64,000 nucleotides of DNA. Source: Microcoleus sp. GTDB taxonomy: Bacteria; Cyanobacteriota; Cyanobacteriia; Cyanobacteriales; Microcoleaceae. Positions 31,364-42,284 of the stretch are shown here, piece by piece. The stretch is taken from contig JAYFMW010000001.1 of assembly GCA_042408215.1 (NCBI GenBank), forward strand, positions 59,627 to 123,626, read 5' to 3'. Positions within the stretch are counted from its first letter, which is position 1. Each line of letters starts with the position of its first letter. The position numbers were made by a program, and so were the translations under genes. The notes below the pieces were generated by a model. It saw only the letters and a list, made by a program, of their open reading frames with translations, had not been told where the DNA came from and searched no databases.

Positions 31364-31824
31364 GTCAGCACCCCGCACTCTCTGTAACGGCTTCATGCCT
31401 AAAACTTCAGTTAGTTGACCAGCTATCGTCTTAACTGACTACGTTTTTTGAGTCACGACACCGGGAGAATGCGTAGCTAGTTCCTCGCTCTGTCGTCAGT
31501 GGTTAAACAGTTTTACTCTTAGGTAAGACAGTGCTGCTGACCTAACAAGCTCATTAAACATTGACCGACAAGCTAACATTACCCCGAAAGGGAGGCTCTA
31601 AAAAAGAGCAAACCATTATGCGTACAGGGTGAAAGGTTTGAAGCAGTAATTGTCCTGTTGAAAGTTCATTACAAAAGAACCCCGAACTAAGTAATTCCAA
31701 GGCGGTAAATGTGTAAATATTCAAGGCGGTTTCAACCGCTAGTGTGATGCCCTTCCTCGTAGTCGAAGGGTCGTTTCCCTCTCAGGTCTAAAGACGCTGA
31801 GTTTCCCACTTACCGAGGATTTTT
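31364..31824 (+). ncRNA. HEARO / IscB-type omegaRNA element lacking iscB
   Basis: GTCAG start; TTGACCAGC..CTACGTT..GTCACGACACC..ATGCGTAGCTAGT..CTCTGTC..TAAACAG..ACAGTG..AACATTG..GCTAACATTACCCC; 3' hairpin CTCAGGTCTAAAGACGCTGAG; followed by ATGA. Confidence 0.8.
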
Positions 31825-31926
31825 ATGACTCTTAGCGGAATAATAACTTATTTCGGGCTGTTCGGCGGAATGCTGGGCGTGGCGACAGTGTTGATGTTTG
31901 GTCTGCGGGCTGTCAAACTCATCTAA
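31825..31926 (+). CDS. petL: Cytochrome b6f subunit PetL
   Basis: Manual translation MTLSGIITYFGLFGGMLGVATVLMFGLRAVKLI* (33 aa, single TM, GLRAVKLI tail); divergent from aroB. Confidence 0.88.
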   Translation: MTLSGIITYFGLFGGMLGVATVLMFGLRAVKLI

Positions 31927-32177
31927 TTTACCCTCTAATTTAGATGTGAGAACCAGAGGATTTAATCTCTGGTAAAAGTAAGATTTTGGCGATCGCATTT
32001 TCGGAAAAAATCTCTAGTTTGCTCTGTAGATTTACGGCGCAAGTGCGATCGCCCCTGAGCAAATAATTGATTTAAAGCAAAAAATATATTAACTCGCAAT
32101 CCTGCTTTCCCGTAAAATAACTCGTACCTCCCCCAAATCTCCAATCCAAAATCTAAAATCTAAAATCTAAAATTGAG

Positions 32178-32768
32178 ATGACTCATTCCACCGATATCGT
32201 CAGCCTCGCCCGCTGGATGGCCGCCGACTTCAGCAACCAAGCCCAAGCCTTTGAAAATCCGCCCTTCTTCGCCCACATCCGCGTCTGCATGAGACCCCTA
32301 CCCGTGGAACTTTTGGGCGGCGTAAGTCTGTATCTAGAACAAGCCTACGACATCGAACTGCACGCTCCGTACCGAGTTCGAGTTTTAAAATTAGTCCCGG
32401 TGGGCGATCGCATCGACATCGAAAACTACGCGATCGAAAACGAAGCACAATTTTACGGAGCCTCCCGCGATCTCCAACGACTCCAAGAACTCAAACAAGC
32501 AGAATTTAAACTAATGCCTGGGTGCACCTTTATTACGCACTGGACGGGCAATAGCTTCAAAGGGTTTGTTGAACCCGGAAAAGGCTGTATGGTGGTCAGA
32601 AAGGGCAAAAAAACCTATCTAGACAGCGAATTCGAGATCGATGGAGACAAATTTATTAGTCACGATCGCGGGCGCGATCCAGAAACCGACGCCCACGTCT
32701 GGGGAGCCCTAGCCGGCCCCTTTGAATTCAGCCGTCGAGCTAGCTTCGCCGATGAAATTCAGGTTTAA
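32178..32768 (+). CDS. cpcT: Phycobiliprotein chromophore lyase CpcT/CpeT family
   Basis: DFSNQAQAFENPPFFAHIR, EQAY, PYR, DRGRD..VWG. Confidence 0.92.
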   Translation: MTHSTDIVSLARWMAADFSNQAQAFENPPFFAHIRVCMRPLPVELLGGVSLYLEQAYDIELHAPYRVRVLKLVPVGDRIDIENYAIENEAQFYGASRDLQRLQELKQAEFKLMPGCTFITHWTGNSFKGFVEPGKGCMVVRKGKKTYLDSEFEIDGDKFISHDRGRDPETDAHVWGALAGPFEFSRRASFADEIQV

Positions 32769-32879
32769 TAGAAAAAAACAGGGGGCGATTTAGCAAAAAC
32801 TCCCTTGATTAAAGGTTCACAATGCACCATTACCTGATACATTAACCCAGTATTGGCAAGCAAGATTCACCGTTGTTGA

Positions 32880-34031
<1,152 letters not shown>

Positions 34032-34361
34032 ATTCTGGCATCTACCTGCGGGGAAAGAGATTTTTTAACGAACCGCGAAGGCGCGAAGGGCGCGAAGTAA
34101 GAGAAGAGAAAGATGTGCAAGTTCTGAATGAATTTCCCTGTATATTACTTTTTATATCTCTCTTTTCGATCTTTCTCTCTGTGTCCTCTGTGTCCTCTGC
34201 GGTTAATTGAAAAAAATCATCAGGTTTTTACGAATTGCTTGTTTGGGAATGAATACCGTGAAAAGTAGAATTCTCATCCTGTTGCTTTTAGATGGGATAA
34301 TTGTCTCTATTGGAATTCACGGAATGTGTATGTTGCCCCAAAAACATTTATATCGTAATTA

Positions 34362-35009
34362 GTGGCAATGAATCTGCTAACAGAACCCTACTTAAGTCAA
34401 GTAAGTAATTGGCCGAAAACAGGTCGTCATATTCTGGCACAATTTGACGAAAATACTGTTGTAGTGTACCAAGCTTACCGTCCGGCTATCGGTCATTTTG
34501 CAGCGGAACACGGTTATTTCGGCGGTGAATTCAGTCTCAATCGCATGAGTTGGATTAAGCCAAATTTCTTATGGATGATGTATCGATCGGGATGGGGAAC
34601 AAAACCCGGACAAGAAGTAATTCTGGCTGTTTGGCTGAGGCGATCGGCTTTTGACGAAATTTTAGCATCCGCTGTCTATTCTAAGTTCGTTCCAGCAGTG
34701 TATGGCAGCGAAAAATCATGGCAACAAGCTGTTAAAAATTCGACTGTACGGCTGCAATGGGACCCCGACCACCATCCCAGCGGAGCCAAACTGGAACGGC
34801 GGGCAATTCAACTGGGTTTGCGCGGCAGTGTTTTAGCTAGTTACGCGCGAGAATGGATTGTTAAAATCGAGGATATTTCCCAATTCGTGCAGCAACAGCG
34901 TCAATATAACGGAGGCGATCGCCCGCAATTACTCACCCCCTCCGAGACAGTCTATCCTGTCATCGACCCCGACATCTTCCAGAGGCTAGGATTATCATCG
35001 GTTTCCTAA
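34362..35009 (+). CDS. DUF4291 family protein
   Basis: VVVYQAY, RMSWIKPNFLWMMYRSGW, RLQWDPDH, RRAIQLGL. Confidence 0.85.
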   Translation: MAMNLLTEPYLSQVSNWPKTGRHILAQFDENTVVVYQAYRPAIGHFAAEHGYFGGEFSLNRMSWIKPNFLWMMYRSGWGTKPGQEVILAVWLRRSAFDEILASAVYSKFVPAVYGSEKSWQQAVKNSTVRLQWDPDHHPSGAKLERRAIQLGLRGSVLASYAREWIVKIEDISQFVQQQRQYNGGDRPQLLTPSETVYPVIDPDIFQRLGLSSVS

Positions 35010-35019
35010 ATAATTTATT

Positions 35020-36153
35020 ATGAGAATCGCTCTTTTCACTGAAACTTTCCTGCCGAAAATAGACGGCATTGTCACCAGACTGATTCACACCGTAGACCAT
35101 TTGCAGCGCGCAGGCGAACAAGTTCTGATCTTTTCTCCAGATTACGGAATTACAGAATACAAAGGAGCTAGAGTTTACGGTGTGGAGGGTTTGCCTTTAC
35201 CTATGTACCCGGAATTGAAAATGGCACTTCCTTCTCCGGCTGTTGGTCGCCAATTAGAGCAGTTTAAACCGGATATTATTCATGTTGTCAATCCCGCTAT
35301 TTTGGGATTGGGCGGCATATATTATGGCAAAAAGCTCAACATTCCGATTTTGGCTTCTTACCACACCCATTTACCTAAATATTTGCACCACTACGGTTTT
35401 GGAATGCTCGAACCTTTATTGTGGGAATTGCTCAAAAGCGCTCACAATCAAGCTGAACTAAATCTGTGCACTTCCACAGCAATGGTGGAGGAACTAACAA
35501 CCCACGGGATCGATCGCGTAGACTTATGGCAGCGGGGCGTAGATACTGAAATGTTTGTACCTGAATTGGCCAGTCGAGAAATGCGATCGCGCCTTTCCCA
35601 AAATCACCCAGACAGTCCCCTGTTGCTTTACGTCGGCCGCCTCGGCGCAGAAAAGGAAATCGAAAGCATCAAACCAGTTCTCGAAGCAATTCCGAACGCC
35701 CGCCTCGCCCTCGTCGGAGACGGCCCCCACCGACAAACCCTCGAACAATATTTTGCCGGAACGCCCACAAATTTTGTCGGCTACCTCAAGGGCCAAGAAC
35801 TAGCTTCTGCTTACGCATCTGCCGATGCCTTCATTTTTCCCTCCCGCACCGAAACCCTGGGCTTGGTGCTCCTAGAAGCGATGGCTGCGGGGACGCCTGT
35901 AGTCGCGGCACGCAGTGGCGGAATTCCCGATATCGTCACTGACGGCGTTAACGGATATTTGTTTGACCCCGCCGATGAAGCAGGAGCCCTCACCGCCACT
36001 AGGCGTCTGTTTGCTAACCCCCAAGAACGGGAAACCCTGAGCGAAAGCGCGCGCCGGGAAGCAGAACGCTGGGGTTGGGCCGCCGCGACTAACCAACTGC
36101 GGCGCTACTATCAATCAGTGATTTTTGCCCAGTCTATGTCCTCCGTTGCGTGA
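35020..36153 (+). CDS. sqdX: Sulfoquinovosyltransferase (GT4)
   Basis: MRIALFTETFLPKIDGIV, ETLGLVLLEAMA; near sqdB. Confidence 0.88.
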   Translation: MRIALFTETFLPKIDGIVTRLIHTVDHLQRAGEQVLIFSPDYGITEYKGARVYGVEGLPLPMYPELKMALPSPAVGRQLEQFKPDIIHVVNPAILGLGGIYYGKKLNIPILASYHTHLPKYLHHYGFGMLEPLLWELLKSAHNQAELNLCTSTAMVEELTTHGIDRVDLWQRGVDTEMFVPELASREMRSRLSQNHPDSPLLLYVGRLGAEKEIESIKPVLEAIPNARLALVGDGPHRQTLEQYFAGTPTNFVGYLKGQELASAYASADAFIFPSRTETLGLVLLEAMAAGTPVVAARSGGIPDIVTDGVNGYLFDPADEAGALTATRRLFANPQERETLSESARREAERWGWAAATNQLRRYYQSVIFAQSMSSVA

Positions 36154-36875
36154 CGCAACCATAAGATCAAGTCCAGTTAATTGCTGATAAATCCTGTACG
36201 GGCCTAGGGCCTAGGGCATGGTTGAACAAAAGTACGATAACTATTCAACCGGACTAGATATAACTCGCAACTTTCTCCATCTCCTCCGACTAGGGCGTGT
36301 TTTCAAACCCGGAGATCCCCCCTTAGCTTGCCCCCTACTCCCCCTTAATAAGGGGGGGACAAGAGCACTCAAAGTCACCCCCTACTCACACCCTACTCCC
36401 TTTTTAAGGGGGATTTAGGGGGATCTCCGGGTTTGATTGGAAAGTTTGAAAACACGCCCTAGCCCCCCCAGTCAAGAGTCGAGCCTTCTTGGATCGCATC
36501 TGCTGCCCAGATTCCGGTAGCTATTCTCCTGTTGCGTTTACCATTAAACTATCAGTAGCTTTGCAGGAATGTCTGTCCCGTGGCAAACAGCGTTTTCATC
36601 TGACCGGATACGGTCGCCTTGTGCGCTAAAACGGTAACACCAGGCAGCCGTAGAGCACGGAGCGTAAAATCCAGAAGGATTGATTAAGTATATGTAGCAA
36701 GCGGACTGAAGTTGCGTCCGTCACTCTAGAACTCGCGATTCACTCTCAGCGACTTGTCAAGCAGGCTCCGAGCAAACAACTTAAAGGGGTTTGCACTGCC
36801 ACACTCTTTGATAAATAACTTAACGCCGATCGAGTCGCAGGTCAATCTACCCCCCCCCTGAGAAAGCAGTTAATC

Positions 36876-39545
36876 ATGACATTCCCCGATGCTGGTAGCG
36901 TTCTGGCTACACTGACTCAAGTCAATTTGATGGGGGCATTGACCTCCCGTGTTAAGAGCCTACCAGTTCCTGAATTAGTGTGCCTGCTGGACTTTATCAC
37001 GGCTGAATTTCAGCAATTTATCCGGGCGATGGATCTGATCAACAATGAAGCCCTCGAAACTCTCTTAGATCAACTGTTAGATGCCTTCACTGTTAAAATC
37101 GGTCAAATTCTGCAAGCAGACCAGACGACAATTTTTTTGGTGGATTCTAGCAAAAATCAACTTTGGCACAAAAGGGTCAATGTTAGCACGGGTATAGATG
37201 TAGAAATTCGCTTGCCGATGGATGCAGGCATTGTAGGCTACGTAGCCACTACCGGAGAATTAGTAAATGCTGCTGAGGCTCGCGATCATGAGCATTTTAA
37301 TTCCGAAGTTGATGAACCTCCGGGCTACCACATCAACACCATCCTCTGTATGCCGATTTTTAGCAGCAAGAGCCAAGGTGAACCCCTAGCGGTGGTCAGA
37401 CTGTTAAATAAAGCTGGCAATGTTCCTTTTAGCGAGGAAGATGAACAGCAGTTTCGGGTTTTTGCTGATTCGATCGGGATTATTCTCGAAAGCTGTCAGT
37501 CTTTCTACGTCGTGGCCCGTAACCAGCGAGGGGTGGCGGCACTGTTGAGAGCTACCACGACTTTGGGTCAAAGTCTTGACTTGGAAACAACTTTGCGATC
37601 GGTTATGGATCAAGCTCGCGATTTGATGCAGGCCGATCGCAGTACCCTATTTTTGCTAAATCGGGAAACCAACGAACTCTGGACAAAAGTAGCTAAGGCT
37701 GATGGGAAAACCATCGTAGAAATCCGCATTCCTGCTAATAAGGGAATTGCTGGTTACGTCGCTTCTACAGGTCAAACTCTCAATATTACAGATGCTTACG
37801 ACGATCCCCGATTTGACCCCTCTACTGACCAGCAAACTGGGTATCGCACTCGGACTGTCTTGTGTATGCCGGTGCATAACGCTAAAGGTGAGTTGATCGG
37901 GGTGACTCAGCTCATTAATAAGAATCTAGGTAGCTTCACGAGTTCCGATGAAGAGTTTCTGCGGGCGTTTAATTCCCAAGCGGGAATGGCTCTGCAAAAT
38001 TCTCAACTGTTTCAAAATGTGATGGTGGAAAAACAGTATCAGAAAGATATGCTGCAAAGTCTTTCTGATGCAGTAATTTCCACGGATTTGAAGGGGCGAG
38101 TTGTGACGATCAACGAAGCGGCGCTAGAATTGTTGGGCTGTCCGGTAAATCAAGCTAAAAGCAAACATAATCCCCAGTTTTGGGAAGATAAACTTGTGAA
38201 TCGCTATGTTTGGGAAGTAGTGCCGATCGACCATTTGCAATTTCGACTGGAAGACAGTCTCAAAAATGCTGCCAGACATTACGTTCCCGAACAAAGTTTA
38301 ATTTTGGGACTGTTGGTGGAAAAACCCCTAAATTCCCAACAAAAAGAAGCAGAAGAAGCAGAAGAAGAAGCAGAAAGTTATATTTTGGCAGTGCCCGATC
38401 GGGAAAACCCCGGTTTATATTACGCTTGGGGCGAAAACAGTGCGTGGACTGAAGAAGTCGCACTGGCAGAATTAATTAATTCCCAATCTTTATTTTCGCT
38501 TCCCCATGCTGCGCTATTTCACCCTTATTGTCCGCTCCCCATCTCCGGCCCTCAAATTAAAAGAATTGAACGCAGTTTGAATTTGACTGTCAACCCGCTG
38601 ATTAATCCAGAAGGCGGCGTGCGGGGCGGTTTGGTGGTACTCGAAGATATCAGCCGCGAAAAGCGGATGAAAACTACTATGTACCGCTACATGACTCCCG
38701 AAGTCGCCAACCAAGTGCTCGCTTTGGGCGAAGACGCGCTGATGGTGGGCGAACGCAAAGAAGTGACTATTTTATTTTCTGACATTCGCGGCTATACCAC
38801 ACTGACCGAAAATCTGGGAGCATCGGAAGTTGTAGCTCTGCTGAATCAGTATTTTGAGACGATGGTGGAGGCCGTTTTTCACTGCGAAGGTACTTTAGAC
38901 AAGTTTATCGGCGATGCTTTAATGGCGGTCTTCGGCGCGCCATTGCCGCTCCATCCTCCCGAAAGTCATGGTTGGAAGGCCGTTCAGTCGGCTTTGGACA
39001 TGAGGCGGCGACTCCAAGAGTTTAACGATTCTCGCCCTCTTGAAGCTCCTTTTCGCTTCGGTATCGGGATTAGTTCTGGAGAGGTGGTTTCGGGAAATAT
39101 TGGTTCCCAAAAGCGTATGGATTACACGGTGATTGGGGATGCGGTGAATTTGAGTTCGCGTTTGGAAGAGCTGACTAAGGAGTACGGCTGCGATATTATT
39201 TTGAGTGAGTTTACTTATAGTTTGTGCAGCGATCGCATTTGGGTGCGAGAGTTGGACAAGGTGCGGGTTAAGGGCAAAAATCAGCCGGTGGGCATTTATG
39301 AGTTGCTGCAAAATAGTTCCGATCCCCTAGATGGGGAAACTCAGAGGTTTTTGGAACTTTACAAAAACGGTCGAGCTGCTTATATTTCTCGAAATTTTCA
39401 GAAAGCTCTGGGTTTTTTTGAGGCTGCTTTGATGATGCGACCGAGCGATCGACCTGTCGAAGTTCACATCGATCGCGCTTTGAGCTATTTGGAAGTGCCT
39501 CCACCGGACGACTGGGATGGGGTGCATACTATGACAACAAAGTAG
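36876..39545 (+). CDS. GAF-GAF-PAS adenylate cyclase (CyaB1-like)
   Basis: Two GAF domains with NK.F...DE motif, PAS, class III cyclase FSDIRGYT / DKFIGDALMA / YTVIGDAVNLSSRLE. Confidence 0.92.
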   Translation: MTFPDAGSVLATLTQVNLMGALTSRVKSLPVPELVCLLDFITAEFQQFIRAMDLINNEALETLLDQLLDAFTVKIGQILQADQTTIFLVDSSKNQLWHKRVNVSTGIDVEIRLPMDAGIVGYVATTGELVNAAEARDHEHFNSEVDEPPGYHINTILCMPIFSSKSQGEPLAVVRLLNKAGNVPFSEEDEQQFRVFADSIGIILESCQSFYVVARNQRGVAALLRATTTLGQSLDLETTLRSVMDQARDLMQADRSTLFLLNRETNELWTKVAKADGKTIVEIRIPANKGIAGYVASTGQTLNITDAYDDPRFDPSTDQQTGYRTRTVLCMPVHNAKGELIGVTQLINKNLGSFTSSDEEFLRAFNSQAGMALQNSQLFQNVMVEKQYQKDMLQSLSDAVISTDLKGRVVTINEAALELLGCPVNQAKSKHNPQFWEDKLVNRYVWEVVPIDHLQFRLEDSLKNAARHYVPEQSLILGLLVEKPLNSQQKEAEEAEEEAESYILAVPDRENPGLYYAWGENSAWTEEVALAELINSQSLFSLPHAALFHPYCPLPISGPQIKRIERSLNLTVNPLINPEGGVRGGLVVLEDISREKRMKTTMYRYMTPEVANQVLALGEDALMVGERKEVTILFSDIRGYTTLTENLGASEVVALLNQYFETMVEAVFHCEGTLDKFIGDALMAVFGAPLPLHPPESHGWKAVQSALDMRRRLQEFNDSRPLEAPFRFGIGISSGEVVSGNIGSQKRMDYTVIGDAVNLSSRLEELTKEYGCDIILSEFTYSLCSDRIWVRELDKVRVKGKNQPVGIYELLQNSSDPLDGETQRFLELYKNGRAAYISRNFQKALGFFEAALMMRPSDRPVEVHIDRALSYLEVPPPDDWDGVHTMTTK

Positions 39546-39695
39546 TCGATTATATGAGATCCGATTCTCAAAAAGTAGAAAATTTGCCAAGGGTTTTGAG
39601 ATCTTCCTTATGACAGATTTAACAAGTGGAGAAATGTGAAACTATAAATGCGATGCCACATTAAAGTTAGTATTTATTGCCCGGTAAACAATTGA

Positions 39696-40838
39696 ATGAA
39701 ATATTTATCTGTTCCGAATGCCACCAAAGCCGATCGCATTTTGGTTGTCGATGATGCTCCAGATAATGTCTTGTTAGTGCAGACAATTCTGGAAGAAGAA
39801 GGTTACGAAATTAGCACTGCGGATAACGGCTTTTCCGCTTTGAAGCAAATTGACAAGTCGGTTCCCGATTTGGTATTGCTAGACGTAATGATGCCGGGAA
39901 TGGACGGTTACGAAGTCACCAAGCGAATTCGACAAAACACAGAGTTGCCGTTCATCCCCATTTTGCTGATCACGGCTCACGACAATGCTAGCGTAGTCCA
40001 AGGATTGGACATGGGAGCCGACGATTTTATCCGTAAACCGGTGGAAATGGACGAACTGCTCGCCCGGGTGCGATCGCTCCTGCGCCTTAAACACAGCGTA
40101 GACGAGCGAAATTCGATCGCCCTTCAGCGAGAAGATTTTGTCTCCCGACTCGCTCACGACTTGCGTACTCCCCTGGTAGCCGCCGATCGAATGCTAACTT
40201 TAATGCAGCAAGGAGCTTTGGGAGAAATCTCCCTCCCCATGCGCGACGCTTTCGGTACGATGGTTCGCAGCAACAAAAACCTGATCGATATGGTAAATAT
40301 GCTGCTGGAAGTCTACCGCTACGAAGCTGGCCGAAAATCTCTGAGTTTCGCTGCGGTTGACTTGCGGCAACTGATAACTGAGGTAGCTCAAGAACTCGCA
40401 CCCTTAGTCGATGCTAAAGGTTTGTCGCTGAATTTAGACTTGACAGAAAGTGCAAAAAGTGCACCCATTGCTAAGTATCCGGGCGATCGCCTGGAGTTGC
40501 ACCGTTTGCTGACAAATTTAATCGGAAATGCGATTAAATTTACCGACAGCGGCTCCATAGACATTCACTTAAAAGCGGCTAATTCTCCAGCTTTTACTAG
40601 CTTCACAAACCAACCGCTGGCCTGGGTAATAATTGAAATCCAAGACACCGGTGCCGGCATTTCCCCCGCCGAACAAACAAAGTTATTTGAAAGGTTTCGG
40701 CCGGGAACTCACAAAAGATCGGGCACCGGTTTGGGGCTGCATTTGTGTCGCCAAATAGTGGAAGCTCACCGCGGCACAATCGAGGTAAAATCCGAATTGG
40801 GCAAAGGGAGTTTGTTTACGATTCGCTTGCCTTGTTAG
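39696..40838 (+). CDS. Hybrid response regulator-histidine kinase
   Basis: REC (VVDD, LLDVMMP, KP), HisKA LAHDLRTPL, HATPase boxes. Confidence 0.92.
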   Translation: MKYLSVPNATKADRILVVDDAPDNVLLVQTILEEEGYEISTADNGFSALKQIDKSVPDLVLLDVMMPGMDGYEVTKRIRQNTELPFIPILLITAHDNASVVQGLDMGADDFIRKPVEMDELLARVRSLLRLKHSVDERNSIALQREDFVSRLAHDLRTPLVAADRMLTLMQQGALGEISLPMRDAFGTMVRSNKNLIDMVNMLLEVYRYEAGRKSLSFAAVDLRQLITEVAQELAPLVDAKGLSLNLDLTESAKSAPIAKYPGDRLELHRLLTNLIGNAIKFTDSGSIDIHLKAANSPAFTSFTNQPLAWVIIEIQDTGAGISPAEQTKLFERFRPGTHKRSGTGLGLHLCRQIVEAHRGTIEVKSELGKGSLFTIRLPC

Positions 40839-40979
40839 AGGGATATAGTTGAGTTTTCTGCTGCGGGCGATCGGATTTGATGTAGGATCGATTGTATTCA
40901 AAACAGATTCCTCAGAAGCCCGACTTATTAAACAATTCGGGGAGCTAACACAAATAACAAATAACTCATAACCAATGCT

Positions 40980-41810
40980 ATGCCTAATTGTCCGGTTTGT
41001 GCTACTGAATACATAGAAGAAAAAGCAGAGTTTTGCTCAACTTGTGGCTGGGATTTGACACCGTACCCGCAGCGTTCTAAGCTTTCCAAAGCTTATTTAA
41101 AAAAAGAACAAGTTAGATTGCAGTGGGCAAAGCAAATGTGGGAATTTGCCCGCACTCAACTAAATTGGTCAGCGCGATTTGATGAGTTGCAAGGACAATT
41201 GCAGCAAGGTGCGATCGATCGCACTTATCTTCAATCTCAGCTAGAATGGGTTTTGTACCGCCTCGAACAACTAAACCCAGAAGCTATGGCTAGCACTCTA
41301 CTGCGACTGGAAGAGAAAATAGGCGAAATGCCTGACCAAACTCCCCCACTGTCTGAAGTCGGGATGGACTACCGGCAACTGACAAAGCTGTTAGAAACTA
41401 GAAAATGGCGCAAAGCTGACGAACATACTTGGGAAATTTTGCTTCAGATCACTTTGAGGGAAGAGGAAGGTTGGCTGAGTGCAGCGGATATTGACAGTTT
41501 TCCTTGTACAGACCTTCGCACGATCGACCAACTATGGCAACACCACAGCAACGGGCGGTTTGGCTTGAGCGTACAGCAGCAGATTTGGGAAAGTGCAGGC
41601 GGTAAATATACAGAATTTTGCGATCGAATCGGCTGGAGAGTCAAGGACATTTGGAAATTCTACGAAGAGCTCTCCTTTAGTGACAATTCTGTGCCCGGAC
41701 ATCTCCCCATAACCGCATGGCGACGGCGCGCGTGTTACGGTGCCGGAAAACTCACCGCAGCAGAAAACTTTACCCGCATCGCTTCGAGACTTTCAGCTTG
41801 CTATAGGTAA
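40980..41810 (+). CDS. GUN4-domain protein with N-terminal zinc ribbon
   Basis: CPVC..CSTC; DYRQLTKLL..WRKAD, FPCTDLRTIDQLW, GRFGLSVQ, PGHLP. Confidence 0.85.
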   Translation: MPNCPVCATEYIEEKAEFCSTCGWDLTPYPQRSKLSKAYLKKEQVRLQWAKQMWEFARTQLNWSARFDELQGQLQQGAIDRTYLQSQLEWVLYRLEQLNPEAMASTLLRLEEKIGEMPDQTPPLSEVGMDYRQLTKLLETRKWRKADEHTWEILLQITLREEEGWLSAADIDSFPCTDLRTIDQLWQHHSNGRFGLSVQQQIWESAGGKYTEFCDRIGWRVKDIWKFYEELSFSDNSVPGHLPITAWRRRACYGAGKLTAAENFTRIASRLSACYR

Positions 41811-41946
41811 TCAGCTATCAACCAAACTGTTGTGGAATGGGCGTCCCGCCCGTTCGCGCGATCGAAATTAAAGGCGCAACAGGTGAATCTCAAATTAAAA
41901 ATCCCAAATCGACATAAGCTGCTATAATCGTAACGGTTCAGCAACT

Positions 41947-42263
41947 GGGGCTGTGGCTCAGATGGATAGAGCAAGCGCCTCCTGAAGAATCGGGCACCTT
42001 GGCGGGAAACTCCAGGAGTGAATGTGGTCAAATTCGGTGAAACCTAAAGAGTTAATAGGTTCCTATGACTCTAAGGCAATACCAAGCCAAGCCTGAATTC
42101 ATGGCGATTATGCGATCGCCTACACTTGGAATCAGGAAGGTCTAGAGACTAGACGGCCACCACCTAAAGGCTGCAAGCCCACGGTGAAGGTATAGTCCAG
42201 AGAGTGGGGAAACTCACACAAATCTGAAGCGCTAGGTCGCCGGTTCGAATCCGGCCAGTCCCG
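41947..42263 (+). tRNA. tRNA-Arg(CCU) interrupted by a group I intron
   Basis: Exon 1 41947-41983 GGGGCTGTGGCTCAGATGGATAGAGCAAGCGCCTCCT; exon 2 42227-42263 AAGCGCTAGGTCGCCGGTTCGAATCCGGCCAGTCCCG; cloverleaf closes after splicing. Confidence 0.92.
41984..42226 (+). ncRNA. Group I self-splicing intron, 243 nt, no ORF
   Basis: Upstream exon ends in U and intron ends in G; core elements AAATTCGGTGAAAC (P), AATACCAAGCCAAG (Q), TAGAGACTAGA (R), AAGGTATAGTCC (S). Confidence 0.9.
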
Positions 42264-42284
42264 TTAAAAAAATCTTTTGTTTTA

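Noticed and set aside
31635..31688. Hammerhead ribozyme interpretation of the three-way junction
   Set aside because: GAAA is present, but the CUGANGA core and the NUH cleavage triplet are not
36470..36875. Long leader of the adenylate cyclase as a riboswitch
   Set aside because: No recognisable consensus and no second copy for covariation; would need an Rfam scan
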